Part shown: positions 8,300 through 16,636 of the stretch, piece after piece
Layout of the letters: the number at the start of each line of letters is the position of its first letter
Position numbering within the stretch: position 1 is the stretch's first letter
DNA from: Candidatus Bathyarchaeota archaeon
GTDB taxonomy: Archaea > Thermoproteota > Bathyarchaeia > Bathyarchaeales > Bathyarchaeaceae
DNA length: 49,729 nt
Assembly: GCA_020352535.1 (NCBI GenBank)
Contig: CP070679.1
Span: forward strand, 1,301,016 to 1,350,744
Direction: 5' to 3'
Notes under the pieces: generated by a model
The model's input: the letters and a program-made list of their open reading frames with translations, nothing else
Database searches by the model: none
What the model was told of the DNA's origin: nothing
Position numbers and translations under genes: made by a program

Positions 8300-8725
8300 A
8301 TGCAAACAAGCAAAAACCTGAAAAGTGAAAGCCTAAGGGCGATTCCTTATGTCTTCGGTATTCTAGTAATGATAGTCTTTGGATTTATCGCCTATAACGA
8401 AATTTTCGTCATAAATGTCTTAGCAATGACTGCTGCAGTGTATATAGCTGGCTCCATTGTCGTTGGAAGAGAACTCAAGAAGCTTTTGAATGTCTTTGTA
8501 ATATCCTTTCTTGCGGTTGTTGTCTCTGACTTGTGCTTTCTATTCTTGCAGCAGTTTGTGGCCCTCTGCATTACTCTCGCTGTCTTGCTGGTCTCAATAA
8601 AATACTCCTTAATTGGAGACCATGACTCTGGATGGTTTGGGGCTCTTGGGTCACTATTTCTAGGCATTATATTCCTTCTGATAATTGAGATAATTTTGGG
8701 GCCTGTGCGACTGTTCTTAATCTGA
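8300..8725 (+). CDS. Polytopic membrane protein (141 aa, about 4 TM)
   Basis: Four hydrophobic segments. Divergent from the 8004-8222 gene. No family recognised. Confidence 0.5.
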   Translation: MQTSKNLKSESLRAIPYVFGILVMIVFGFIAYNEIFVINVLAMTAAVYIAGSIVVGRELKKLLNVFVISFLAVVVSDLCFLFLQQFVALCITLAVLLVSIKYSLIGDHDSGWFGALGSLFLGIIFLLIIEIILGPVRLFLI

Positions 8726-8863
8726 AGGCATTCGAATCGCCCTGCCTACATCTATGAAATTAATACCTAACACACAATACTTTGAAAGAAATCTCAAGCC
8801 TTCAGTCTGAAGATGATTTATAAAGGATTTAAGCGCAAGTTACAGAACCGGAGGAGCTCCTGA

Positions 8864-9577
8864 ATGAAGAGTCCCGCCATAGTTACTGTCCTGCTCGTTC
8901 TTTCAGCAACGCTGACCACACCAAGCTTTGCTTCTTTAACCCTGCACGCGACAATAGGGCAAAACATTCAAGTTGTCTTCGACTTTGAAGACATCGACTC
9001 CGCATTGTATAATCAAACCAAACAACAGGACATATTTGGCGTTTCGACGATTCCAGAGACTATTAAGGCGGACCTAGAAGAACGTAATCTTGAGAATGTG
9101 GATTGCGTATATGACCCCACTCAGGAGATTTTTGAGGACTCAACAAAGTCGATACATATTGAGTTTGCCTTAATTGGTCTGGACATCATTCAAGTAGTAG
9201 TTGATAATACAACCAGAAATAAAGTCTCTACGATTAGAACAGATTGGCGGAGGTTTCAGGTTAACCTGACAAGCGAATACGTATTGGACTTCACTGAATA
9301 CTTTGGGATTCCTCTAAGAGAGTGGGAATTCCACAACCAAACATCACCGGCCTCCTTTTACTTCAACCGCACAGATTCGCTTGAATTTGACGCAATTTGC
9401 AGTTTTACATTACCAAATAATGCAATTAATCCCCGTGTTGCTGAGGACTGGGATACAATCATTTTCGAGCTTCCACCATCCCTTGGCGAGTCTCTTCTCA
9501 ATAGCCCATTCTCGATTCTTATAGCAATAGTATTGGTAAATGTGATTGCAGTCATCTACCGTAGGATTCGAAAGTAG
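8864..9577 (+). CDS. Secreted, C-terminally anchored surface protein with several N-glycosylation sequons
   Basis: Signal peptide 'MKSPAIVTVLLVLSATLTTPSFA', C-terminal TM plus basic tail 'FSILIAIVLVNVIAVIYRRIRK', and sequons NQT, NTT, NLT, NQT, NRT. GGAGG lies before the ATG. Confidence 0.6.
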   Translation: MKSPAIVTVLLVLSATLTTPSFASLTLHATIGQNIQVVFDFEDIDSALYNQTKQQDIFGVSTIPETIKADLEERNLENVDCVYDPTQEIFEDSTKSIHIEFALIGLDIIQVVVDNTTRNKVSTIRTDWRRFQVNLTSEYVLDFTEYFGIPLREWEFHNQTSPASFYFNRTDSLEFDAICSFTLPNNAINPRVAEDWDTIIFELPPSLGESLLNSPFSILIAIVLVNVIAVIYRRIRK

Positions 9578-9612
9578 GAGATTTTAATCTCTCTTGCATA
9601 CAATTGCCTGTC

Positions 9613-10170
9613 TTAACCTTCAGCTCCTAGAAGCAAGTCTACAAGTGTCTTTCGGTCAATCTCAGCACGAGTTCTCCAGTCAAGGTACAGCTGATTGTTC
9701 TCATCTTCAGCTAAATATCCAGAGCTGATGTAGCGATTCATGTTCATATCTACTCTCCAGCCTGGTAGCTTGTTGCGGAGAAGACCCTCCACGTCAGTTC
9801 TTGAAGCTTTACCCTTCTTTGACAGTATACAGGAGATAGCTGTAGCCAGCCCCGCGATGTCATCGATGCGCCACCCCATCATCTTTACCTCCTCGGAGGT
9901 AATGTCTCCTCGAAGAGTGACGTAGAATCGAGCCTTATCCAATTGCGATGGAGTTGGTTTATCTGTTGGTACGGGCTCTTCAAAGATTGTGTTCACCTGC
10001 AAATCTAGCTTTTCAAGGTAACTATCCAGTATCTTGAGCACCTTGGGGTAATCAGAGCCCAGCTTTCGCCGAAGCTCCCAGCCCTTAACGCCAGGCTTCC
10101 TATGATGCCTATAGAATAGGAGGTGGGTAGCTCCCTTAATCTTTCTAGCATAGTAAGCCTTTCTCTTCAA
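9613..10170 (-). CDS. Tandem winged-helix KITE-like protein resembling Nse3/MAGE (third gene of the SMC-like operon)
   Basis: 185 aa with a TTG start overlapping the upstream stop (TTGA). 'GLATAISCILSKKGKASRTDVEGLLRNKL' and 'YLAEDENNQLYLDWRTRAEIDRKTLVDLL' parallel the MAGE-homology WH-B pattern as I recall it. The N-terminal 'HLLFYRHHRKPGVKGWELRRKLGSDYPKVLKILDSYLEKL' resembles WH-A. Confidence 0.55.
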   Translation of the reverse strand: MKRKAYYARKIKGATHLLFYRHHRKPGVKGWELRRKLGSDYPKVLKILDSYLEKLDLQVNTIFEEPVPTDKPTPSQLDKARFYVTLRGDITSEEVKMMGWRIDDIAGLATAISCILSKKGKASRTDVEGLLRNKLPGWRVDMNMNRYISSGYLAEDENNQLYLDWRTRAEIDRKTLVDLLLGAEG

Positions 10171-10925
10171 TCAAGCTCACCTCGTTTCCATTTCATCCAT
10201 TCTTCAATACTGATGGAAACGGGAATTGAGACAAGTTGCTTCGACCCAACTATATTGCGCGGTTTCTTGAAGGGTTTGATGAAGACCTCTTCTTCTAGTC
10301 GATGGATTTCCAGAGTTGCATATCCATATGTTATGAGAAAGCTTGTCATATACGCCCGTTTCATCGTTTCAGCAAACGTTTCAGCTCCTATAAAGTCCCA
10401 ATAGCGAATCTTCTCGCCCCCTTTGACACTTTGCTTCAGTTCTTCCCAGAATGTTTGCAGTTCTTCGGAGAAAGCTTTCTCAGCAAGTATTCTCTGCTTC
10501 ACCAGCTCTTTGCGGGTTGTAGCTCCAAGGTCGGTTTTCTGGGAGGCCCGCTTCAGCCATCTTTCATTAGTTGGGAGAAGGTTTCGCCAGTAGCTTACCG
10601 CTCCAGCCAAGCTATGAGGGGATAGCTGCTCCAGCTCAACAATAGGGCGCCATGCTTTAAGAAAGAGAGCTGCCAGCTCTTCCTTGCCCAGCCTTCGAAT
10701 CTTGTCTTCTAGCAAGAAGGGGTCTGTGTAGAGAGAAGTCGATTGATGTTTAACCCAGCTACTTTGAAGCCCAATGACCGAGGCTAATCTCTCGATAGCC
10801 TCAGCATCCAAACAGAGCTCGTCAGGTGACTCCCACTCAGGGAAGTATTCTCGAACAACTTCTAGAATGTCATCGACGTCTACGATGAAAGGATCGAGGT
10901 TTCTTTCTTCAACGGATTGGCACAA
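10167..10925 (-). CDS. Kleisin-like protein (ScpA/Nse4-like; second gene of the SMC-like operon)
   Basis: 252 aa with a TTG start and no ATG in the first ~187 codons. C-terminal 'TFAETMKRAYMTSFLITYGYATLEIHRLEEEVFIKP' parallels the Nse4 C-terminal WH motif and the ScpA C-terminus in this window ('VRTFITLLFLAQTGEVSLWQEE'). Confidence 0.55.
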   Translation of the reverse strand: MCQSVEERNLDPFIVDVDDILEVVREYFPEWESPDELCLDAEAIERLASVIGLQSSWVKHQSTSLYTDPFLLEDKIRRLGKEELAALFLKAWRPIVELEQLSPHSLAGAVSYWRNLLPTNERWLKRASQKTDLGATTRKELVKQRILAEKAFSEELQTFWEELKQSVKGGEKIRYWDFIGAETFAETMKRAYMTSFLITYGYATLEIHRLEEEVFIKPFKKPRNIVGSKQLVSIPVSISIEEWMKWKRGELD

Positions 10926-10982
10926 GCTGACAACTCTCTGCAGTCTATCGCTACCTATCTTCTTCTGTTTGACCGAGGGCAG

Positions 10983-13028
10983 CTAGATGACCTCCTTGAC
11001 GAATGAAGTTCCCTCAACGTTCTGGACCGTGATAAGGTGGACGTCCTTTCCTACATAGGTCACCTGGCTAGGAGTGATTGCCAAGTATTGGGCATCCAAT
11101 CCCTTGACAGAGGCCACTAGCAGGTTAGCTATGATCTCCCTATTCTTAGGGTCCATATGAATGTCATATTCATCGACTGCTCTGAATGGAGATCGCACAT
11201 GTTGTTGGAGGGCTAGGAGAAAACTGATTGTGGCAATGCTTCGTTCGCCACCACTCTGCGTGTAAGAGTCGAGGTGTACCGGCGTTCCCCCTTTGAAGCC
11301 CACGAATATTTCAAGACCAGCATCTTCGATATCATGTTCATTAGCAAGCTTGACCTCTCCGATGGCTTGAGCTTGGGAGAGTATTTTTTTATATCGAAGG
11401 TTGACCTGCTTGAAAAGGGTCTGAATGATTGTTTTCCACGCTGCTACGCGAGTCTTAACCTCGGAGAGAGCCTTCTGACGGTTTTCCGAGACTAGTTGAG
11501 CCTTCTCCTTCAGTTCAAGATATAATGTGGAGTAAGACTCGTACATACGTTCGATATCTTCAGAAACGTCGGCGAGAGCTGCGAGATGCCCGTCAGTCAC
11601 TCGAATCTCATCAAGAAGTTCTAAAGGGGTTTTCGTGGTTATAACGCGGAGGCCTGACTCTTCGGCCTTTTTCACTTCGGAGTTTAGCCCAGCAAGGGAG
11701 GCATTGAGCTGCCGGTTAAGATCCTGTAGAGCCTTTGCAGCAACTTCGCTTCGGTATTGAAGTAAAACTAGATTAGCCTTCAAATCGGAGATGCTTGTGT
11801 TCATTGTTTCCATTTCGTTGAACAAGCGTTCATTCTCTTGTTTTGCATCCGAGACCTGAATGTGTAACCTTTCAAGTTGCATGTCTGAGTTCTCGATAGA
11901 AGCTTTTAGGTCTCTGCTTCTAGAATCAAGCTGTTCAGCCTGTATGCTCTCCGATATCTCGTATGTTTCCTTCAGTTCTGTAAGCAGAGCCTTGACATCT
12001 AGCGGGTTTGTGACTGCTTGAAATGCTGCTTCCAACCGGGCAACCCTGTTCGCATATTCTATCTTTCCCTTCTGCTGTATCTCGGACCACAATGCGGTTT
12101 CATTCAGAGCTTGGCTGGCCATTTGAGTGGTTACTTCATGTTTCGCCTGTTCGTATTCGAGAACTAGCTGCTCTTGGAGGATACTACGAAACTCTGCTTT
12201 CGTCTTGCTGAGCTTTGCTTCTTGACTGCTTAGCTGTTCTTGAGTTGTCTTCGCTTCAGTTTGGATCTGCAGGGCTTCGATTTGTTGTGCTTGAACTTGG
12301 TTTCTTAGTTCATTTACCTTATCCTCGCGCTTTGAGACTTCGGCCCATGCTAGTTCTCGTTCAAGCAAGTTTCTTTTAATTCTGAGCTGTTTCTTCTGTT
12401 GGTACCGATCATACTGTTCCCTCCAATAGTTGAGTGTTTGGACAGCGGATTCAAGAAGCTGATCTACCGATTCCTCCTGGCTCATGATTCGGCTTAGTTT
12501 ACGCTGAGCCTTAGCTACGTTCTTGCGGTAGGATTCGAGCCCAACCGCAGCTTCAACCATTCTAAGCTTTTCCTGAGGAGAGAGAACTGTGAATTGCCCC
12601 ACCATGTTTTGGTGCATAATAATAAGCATGTTGTCAGGATCGACTCCTAGCTTTGAGAGGAGTCTCTCGACCTCTTTTCTTGTGGCTGCTCTATTTTCTA
12701 GTTCAAACCAGTATTTTCCGTCACGTCTGAGCATTCTCGTAAGGAAGATGTAGTCCTTCTTGATTCTGGGTACTGGGCGTCGTCCGCTCCTTGGAGAGTT
12801 ATCCAAGGCCAGTGTGACTCGAGCTTGGTCTTTGCCCCATCGAATAAGATCGCTCAGCTTCCGGGATCGTTCAGTATAAGACTGGCCCAATGCAACAGAG
12901 ATTCCGTGCAACATAGATGACTTGCCTGAACCATTGGGTCCACAGACGACGTTGACGCCTGGTTTGAAGGGCATCCTGGCATATTCGTAGGACATGAAAT
13001 TTTCGAGGATAACTTCGCGAATCAGCAC
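10983..13028 (-). CDS. Short SMC-family ATPase (681 aa) with an SMC5/6-like head and no hinge
   Basis: GTG start. Walker A 'GPNGSGKSS' within 'ILENFMSYEYARMPFKPGVNVVCG', Q-loop region 'IIMHQNMVGQF', signature 'QSGGERSIATISFLLALQ', Walker B/D-loop 'SPFRAVDEYDIHMD'. About 370 aa of heptad-rich coiled coil lie between the head halves. Confidence 0.8.
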   Translation of the reverse strand: MLIREVILENFMSYEYARMPFKPGVNVVCGPNGSGKSSMLHGISVALGQSYTERSRKLSDLIRWGKDQARVTLALDNSPRSGRRPVPRIKKDYIFLTRMLRRDGKYWFELENRAATRKEVERLLSKLGVDPDNMLIIMHQNMVGQFTVLSPQEKLRMVEAAVGLESYRKNVAKAQRKLSRIMSQEESVDQLLESAVQTLNYWREQYDRYQQKKQLRIKRNLLERELAWAEVSKREDKVNELRNQVQAQQIEALQIQTEAKTTQEQLSSQEAKLSKTKAEFRSILQEQLVLEYEQAKHEVTTQMASQALNETALWSEIQQKGKIEYANRVARLEAAFQAVTNPLDVKALLTELKETYEISESIQAEQLDSRSRDLKASIENSDMQLERLHIQVSDAKQENERLFNEMETMNTSISDLKANLVLLQYRSEVAAKALQDLNRQLNASLAGLNSEVKKAEESGLRVITTKTPLELLDEIRVTDGHLAALADVSEDIERMYESYSTLYLELKEKAQLVSENRQKALSEVKTRVAAWKTIIQTLFKQVNLRYKKILSQAQAIGEVKLANEHDIEDAGLEIFVGFKGGTPVHLDSYTQSGGERSIATISFLLALQQHVRSPFRAVDEYDIHMDPKNREIIANLLVASVKGLDAQYLAITPSQVTYVGKDVHLITVQNVEGTSFVKEVI

Positions 13029-13171
13029 CTAGGTGGGCTCTCCGTTTGTCCGATATAGAGATGCCTTCACTTTTAAAAGGAATACGATTTCGTGCGGGGC
13101 ACTACTTAGATCTCGATCCTGCTTGATTGCAGACTTGGCTCTGCTAGGGTTCCTGCATTTGGTTCCCTGTT

Positions 13172-15001
13172 CTAGATTGGGTGCTCATACTTGAATTCTT
13201 GCATGCCGCCGCCACGGTTAACATTGCCATGCACAACCACAAAGACCGCTCCTTCAATAGCCCTTGGAAAAATGGGAAATCCGGTTGGGTTAAAGAGTAA
13301 GCCGCTAGTAAGGTCTATGTTACTGGCCCCTTTTGCTTTGATTTGGAAAACTATAATGGCTAGTGTCCCATTTCCGCTGACACCGCTATCTGGCGTGCCT
13401 AGTGTTGACAGTTCTTCTATATGGATTACTCCTTCACCGGGGTATGTTTCACAACTAAGTGCAGTCGTTCGGTTTCCATAAGAGCCTTTCAGAAAATCGC
13501 CTTCAGAAACATCGGAGGCTTCGAGAATCGCAGGATTCCACCAGAGGTAGACCTCCCAAGCATCTACGAATCTAGCCTCTGAGATATCTATGTTCAGGCT
13601 AAAGGATTCACCGGGGTCTCCGGTGTTTGAGTATGGTCCTAAATGGATGCGGGTGTACGGGGGTAGCGCAAAATTGGCAGTTACTGATCCACCGGAAGGC
13701 ACAGTCCTAGTAGTGGTATCACTTGAATATCCTGCTGCTGCAGCGGTTACATTGTAGGTCCATGATGGCAGATTGGAGAGGATGTAGTCTCCATTTGTGT
13801 CTGTGGTGTTGGTGTGGCCGTTCACGGTGACACTGGCTCCAGCTATTCCGGTACCGGTTTCGGTGTCTGTCACGTTTCCAACTATACTTCCGGTTGGGAT
13901 TGTGGAAATAATGAAATCAAGAGTTGTTGTGTCCCCTTCAGTGACTCTGACATTTGATTGTGACTCGCTAGCATAGCCTGGGGCTGAGGCTGCGACTGTG
14001 TATCTATCAGCCAAGGCAAACATGGTGTAGTGACCAGTAGAGTCTGTAGTGCCTTGAAATGCAGAGTCCGCTTTGACTAGTGCTCCAGCAATTGGCTGGT
14101 CCGTGTCTTGGTCTTTGACTGTCCCATTGATTATTCCAAATGGAGTTAACTCAAAGTCAAGGGTTAGCGAGCTACTTGGTTCCACTTCAGCGGTTGTGGA
14201 TTGAGACACATATCCTATTTCATATGCATCGACTGTCCAATATGGCCACGCTGGCACACTCTCGATTGAATACTCTCCATTTGGGTCTGCTACCGCTGAT
14301 TTTTCGAATGAACCTCTACTTACTCTTACAATGGCTTGGCTAAGAGCCTGCGTAGTCGAAGAGTCTGTGACCGTTCCAGAGATTGTGCCAGGTGCAACTT
14401 GGTCTAGCCCGAAGTCCGCTATTGCTGTTGCACCGGCAGACACAGTGACCTGTTGGGTTTCATTGGTGCAGCCTGGGGCTGTGGCAGCAATCGTGAGTTG
14501 TCCATCAGATAAATCTAGTGCTTCATAGTATCCCGTGGAGTTTGTGAAGACGAAATGACCATTTATTGTTACATTCGCTTCAGCTATTCCTACACCGGGT
14601 ATAGACGAGTCATACACTCGTCCTCTTATCGACAGTAGGTGTAGTCTGAAATCTGGAAGAGGTGGATTAGCAGTTTCACGAATAAATAACTCGTATGTTT
14701 GGCTGAGATAGCCAGAGGCGAGGGTTGAAATTGCGTATGGTCCTGGGGCTATCTCAGAGATTGTGTAGTATCCATTGGTATCTGTTGTGTTAGTCTGATG
14801 GGAGGGGCCGGCTGCAGAAACAATTGCTCCAGCGATTCCCAGCCCAGTGTTCAGGTCTACTACTCGCCCGTTCGCTGTTCCCATGACTTGACCGGAGCTA
14901 AGCTGCACTCCAGCTGTGAACAGATGAAACACCAATACGATCAGGAGGGCACACAGGGCTTTGGAACTGGAACGCTGTGATTTCACCTTAAGTCCGTTCA
15001 C
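13172..15001 (-). CDS. Secreted protein with about 5 CarboxypepD_reg-like beta-sandwich repeats and a C-terminal cohesin-like domain
   Basis: Signal/TM 'ALCALLIVLVFHLFTAGV'. Five repeats of the type 'G.V.D..TG.GIAGA.V...G....TD.NG.Y....P..Y.V.A.A.GY'. The C-terminal 'FSLNIDISEARFVDAWEVYLWWNPAILEASDVSEGDFLKG...GNGTLAIIVFQIKAKG' resembles cohesin. Confidence 0.7.
   Translation of the reverse strand: MNGLKVKSQRSSSKALCALLIVLVFHLFTAGVQLSSGQVMGTANGRVVDLNTGLGIAGAIVSAAGPSHQTNTTDTNGYYTISEIAPGPYAISTLASGYLSQTYELFIRETANPPLPDFRLHLLSIRGRVYDSSIPGVGIAEANVTINGHFVFTNSTGYYEALDLSDGQLTIAATAPGCTNETQQVTVSAGATAIADFGLDQVAPGTISGTVTDSSTTQALSQAIVRVSRGSFEKSAVADPNGEYSIESVPAWPYWTVDAYEIGYVSQSTTAEVEPSSSLTLDFELTPFGIINGTVKDQDTDQPIAGALVKADSAFQGTTDSTGHYTMFALADRYTVAASAPGYASESQSNVRVTEGDTTTLDFIISTIPTGSIVGNVTDTETGTGIAGASVTVNGHTNTTDTNGDYILSNLPSWTYNVTAAAAGYSSDTTTRTVPSGGSVTANFALPPYTRIHLGPYSNTGDPGESFSLNIDISEARFVDAWEVYLWWNPAILEASDVSEGDFLKGSYGNRTTALSCETYPGEGVIHIEELSTLGTPDSGVSGNGTLAIIVFQIKAKGASNIDLTSGLLFNPTGFPIFPRAIEGAVFVVVHGNVNRGGGMQEFKYEHPI
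13666..14875 (-). repeat. Intragenic tandem domain repeats (about 80-85 aa units, 5 copies) in the secreted protein
   Basis: Recurring 'I.G.V.D...' through 'TDTNG.Y' blocks: GRVVDLNTG, IRGRVYDSS, ISGTVTDSS, INGTVKDQD, IVGNVTDTE. Divergent at the DNA level. Confidence 0.6.
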
Positions 15002-15075
15002 CTACAGTCAGCTGATTGGTCTTAAAAAATAAAAAAGGAGATGGGGTTGGCTATCCCTTATGTAGGATTCGGCTG

Positions 15076-16455
15076 TCAGTGTGGTCCGAGTGCTGCGACT
15101 GCAGCAACAGCTGCGTCTGTCTGAAGAAGGCCTGAGCCTACTGCGGGGTCATCCCATTCTGTCCAGTAGAAATTGCCGTCGTAGAGTTCGTAAATCGCCA
15201 TATATGGAAGTGGGCCTAGCCAGTAGCCGTTTTCGTATGTCAGCGGCGCGATGTCTGCGGTGCTTTCAAGGATTGCTTCTACTTCGCTTTGCACTAGTTT
15301 TCGTCCGTTCTTCTCAGCCATGAGGGCAGCTGTTCCAGCTACGTGTGGAGCCGCCATGCTGGTTCCTCCAACGAACCAGTAGCAATCCTCAGGATCTTCG
15401 GGTAATGGCCCATAGTAGGGATCCCAATAGGGGCCAACACACCAGCTTCCGGGTGCAGCAACGTCAAGATCTTGGCCTTCAAGCTCCCAAGCGCTGTAGT
15501 ACGTAATATAGGTCTGTGTACCAGCGTAGGCTCCGAAGTAGACAGATGCAGGTGCAGGGGTCATCAGGTCTTCAGGGACGTCTTCGAGCCAGAAACCACC
15601 ATATCCACCAGGATGCCATTGGCCAGTCCAGCCTGCGGCAGCTGCGGATATGACCTGTGGATAGCCACCTGGGTAGCCCATACCAGCCATGCCGTTGTTA
15701 CCTGCAGATGCGACAATGATAACTCCGGCTTCAATTGCTTGGTTAATGGCGTCTTCGATGTCTGAGCTTGGTACGGATGAGCCCAAGCTCATGTTGATGA
15801 TGATCTTTCCAGGTTCAAGTGTTCCATCCAAGACTAGTGATGTGATATAGTCGATGCCTGCAGCAACCATTCCGGATGTGCCCCAAGCAGCCCATTCATC
15901 ATAGTCATAGAATGATAGTACCTTGACTGGAATGATTTTGGCTAAGGGAGCGACACCTGTTATTGGAAATCCATGGTAGTTGTAGCCAATGATTGTGCTA
16001 GCCACGTGGGTTCCATGACCGCTTACAGCATCGTCCCATGGGACAGTTGTGATTTCGTAGGGTGGTTCGAGATTCTGTACAAATCCGATGCCCAAGTCGC
16101 TTGCTATCCGTGACTTGGGGAAGAAGTAGTTCCAGTTTGGTAACATTCCTGTGTCCAGTACAGCAACGTATATCCCTCTACCGTACCATTTGTCCTGTGG
16201 GTGTGTGAGCTGTTCTAGATCGATCATGTCCATATCAAATGCTACTATACCACCTGCATAGTCGGTGAACCATTTGCCCGGTGGATACGCTGCATCAATA
16301 CCAAATTGACCCTCAGCTCGTATACTGACAGGGGCAGCACGAATGTCTCCAACCGAGAATATCACTGGTGTATGTGCGGTTACTAGGGGCAAGGCGGTGA
16401 AGATGCTCATCAGTAGTAGTGCGATTGCGATGGGGGTGAATAGCTTTCTCTTCAT
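15076..16455 (-). CDS. Secreted subtilisin-like serine protease (peptidase S8)
   Basis: Catalytic triad motifs 'VAVLDTGM' (D), 'SGHGTHVASTIIG' (H) and 'GGTSMAAPHVAGTAALM' (S), plus oxyanion 'SAGNNG'. Signal peptide 'MKRKLFTPIAIALLLMSIFTALPLVTA' from the ATG at 16455. The ORF extends to 16587. Confidence 0.9.
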   Translation of the reverse strand: MKRKLFTPIAIALLLMSIFTALPLVTAHTPVIFSVGDIRAAPVSIRAEGQFGIDAAYPPGKWFTDYAGGIVAFDMDMIDLEQLTHPQDKWYGRGIYVAVLDTGMLPNWNYFFPKSRIASDLGIGFVQNLEPPYEITTVPWDDAVSGHGTHVASTIIGYNYHGFPITGVAPLAKIIPVKVLSFYDYDEWAAWGTSGMVAAGIDYITSLVLDGTLEPGKIIINMSLGSSVPSSDIEDAINQAIEAGVIIVASAGNNGMAGMGYPGGYPQVISAAAAGWTGQWHPGGYGGFWLEDVPEDLMTPAPASVYFGAYAGTQTYITYYSAWELEGQDLDVAAPGSWCVGPYWDPYYGPLPEDPEDCYWFVGGTSMAAPHVAGTAALMAEKNGRKLVQSEVEAILESTADIAPLTYENGYWLGPLPYMAIYELYDGNFYWTEWDDPAVGSGLLQTDAAVAAVAALGPH

Positions 16456-16636
16456 GTTTGTCCATTCCTTCCTCTCTTTCGAGTTTAGCTTCAGGTATAT
16501 TGGCGGAGTAAGTGATAAGAAGCTTGTGGAGATATGTTCTAGCTGCAGATTTATAGCAGACACAGCTTGCACAAGACTAAAATTCATGTATGCCGCTGTT
16601 TTACAGGCTTATTAAAGAAGATGAAAGGAGAAGAGA

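Noticed and set aside
9613-13028. Interpretation of the SMC-like trio as Wadjet/MksBEF or as Rad50-Mre11
   Set aside because: There is no JetD/Toprim nuclease or Mre11 phosphoesterase gene in the operon or flanks. The ATPase is far shorter than JetC/MksB. It has no CxxC zinc hook. The D-loop 'DEYDIHMD' and the kleisin and KITE motifs fit SMC5/6-Nse4-Nse3 better. A defence role cannot be excluded without searches.
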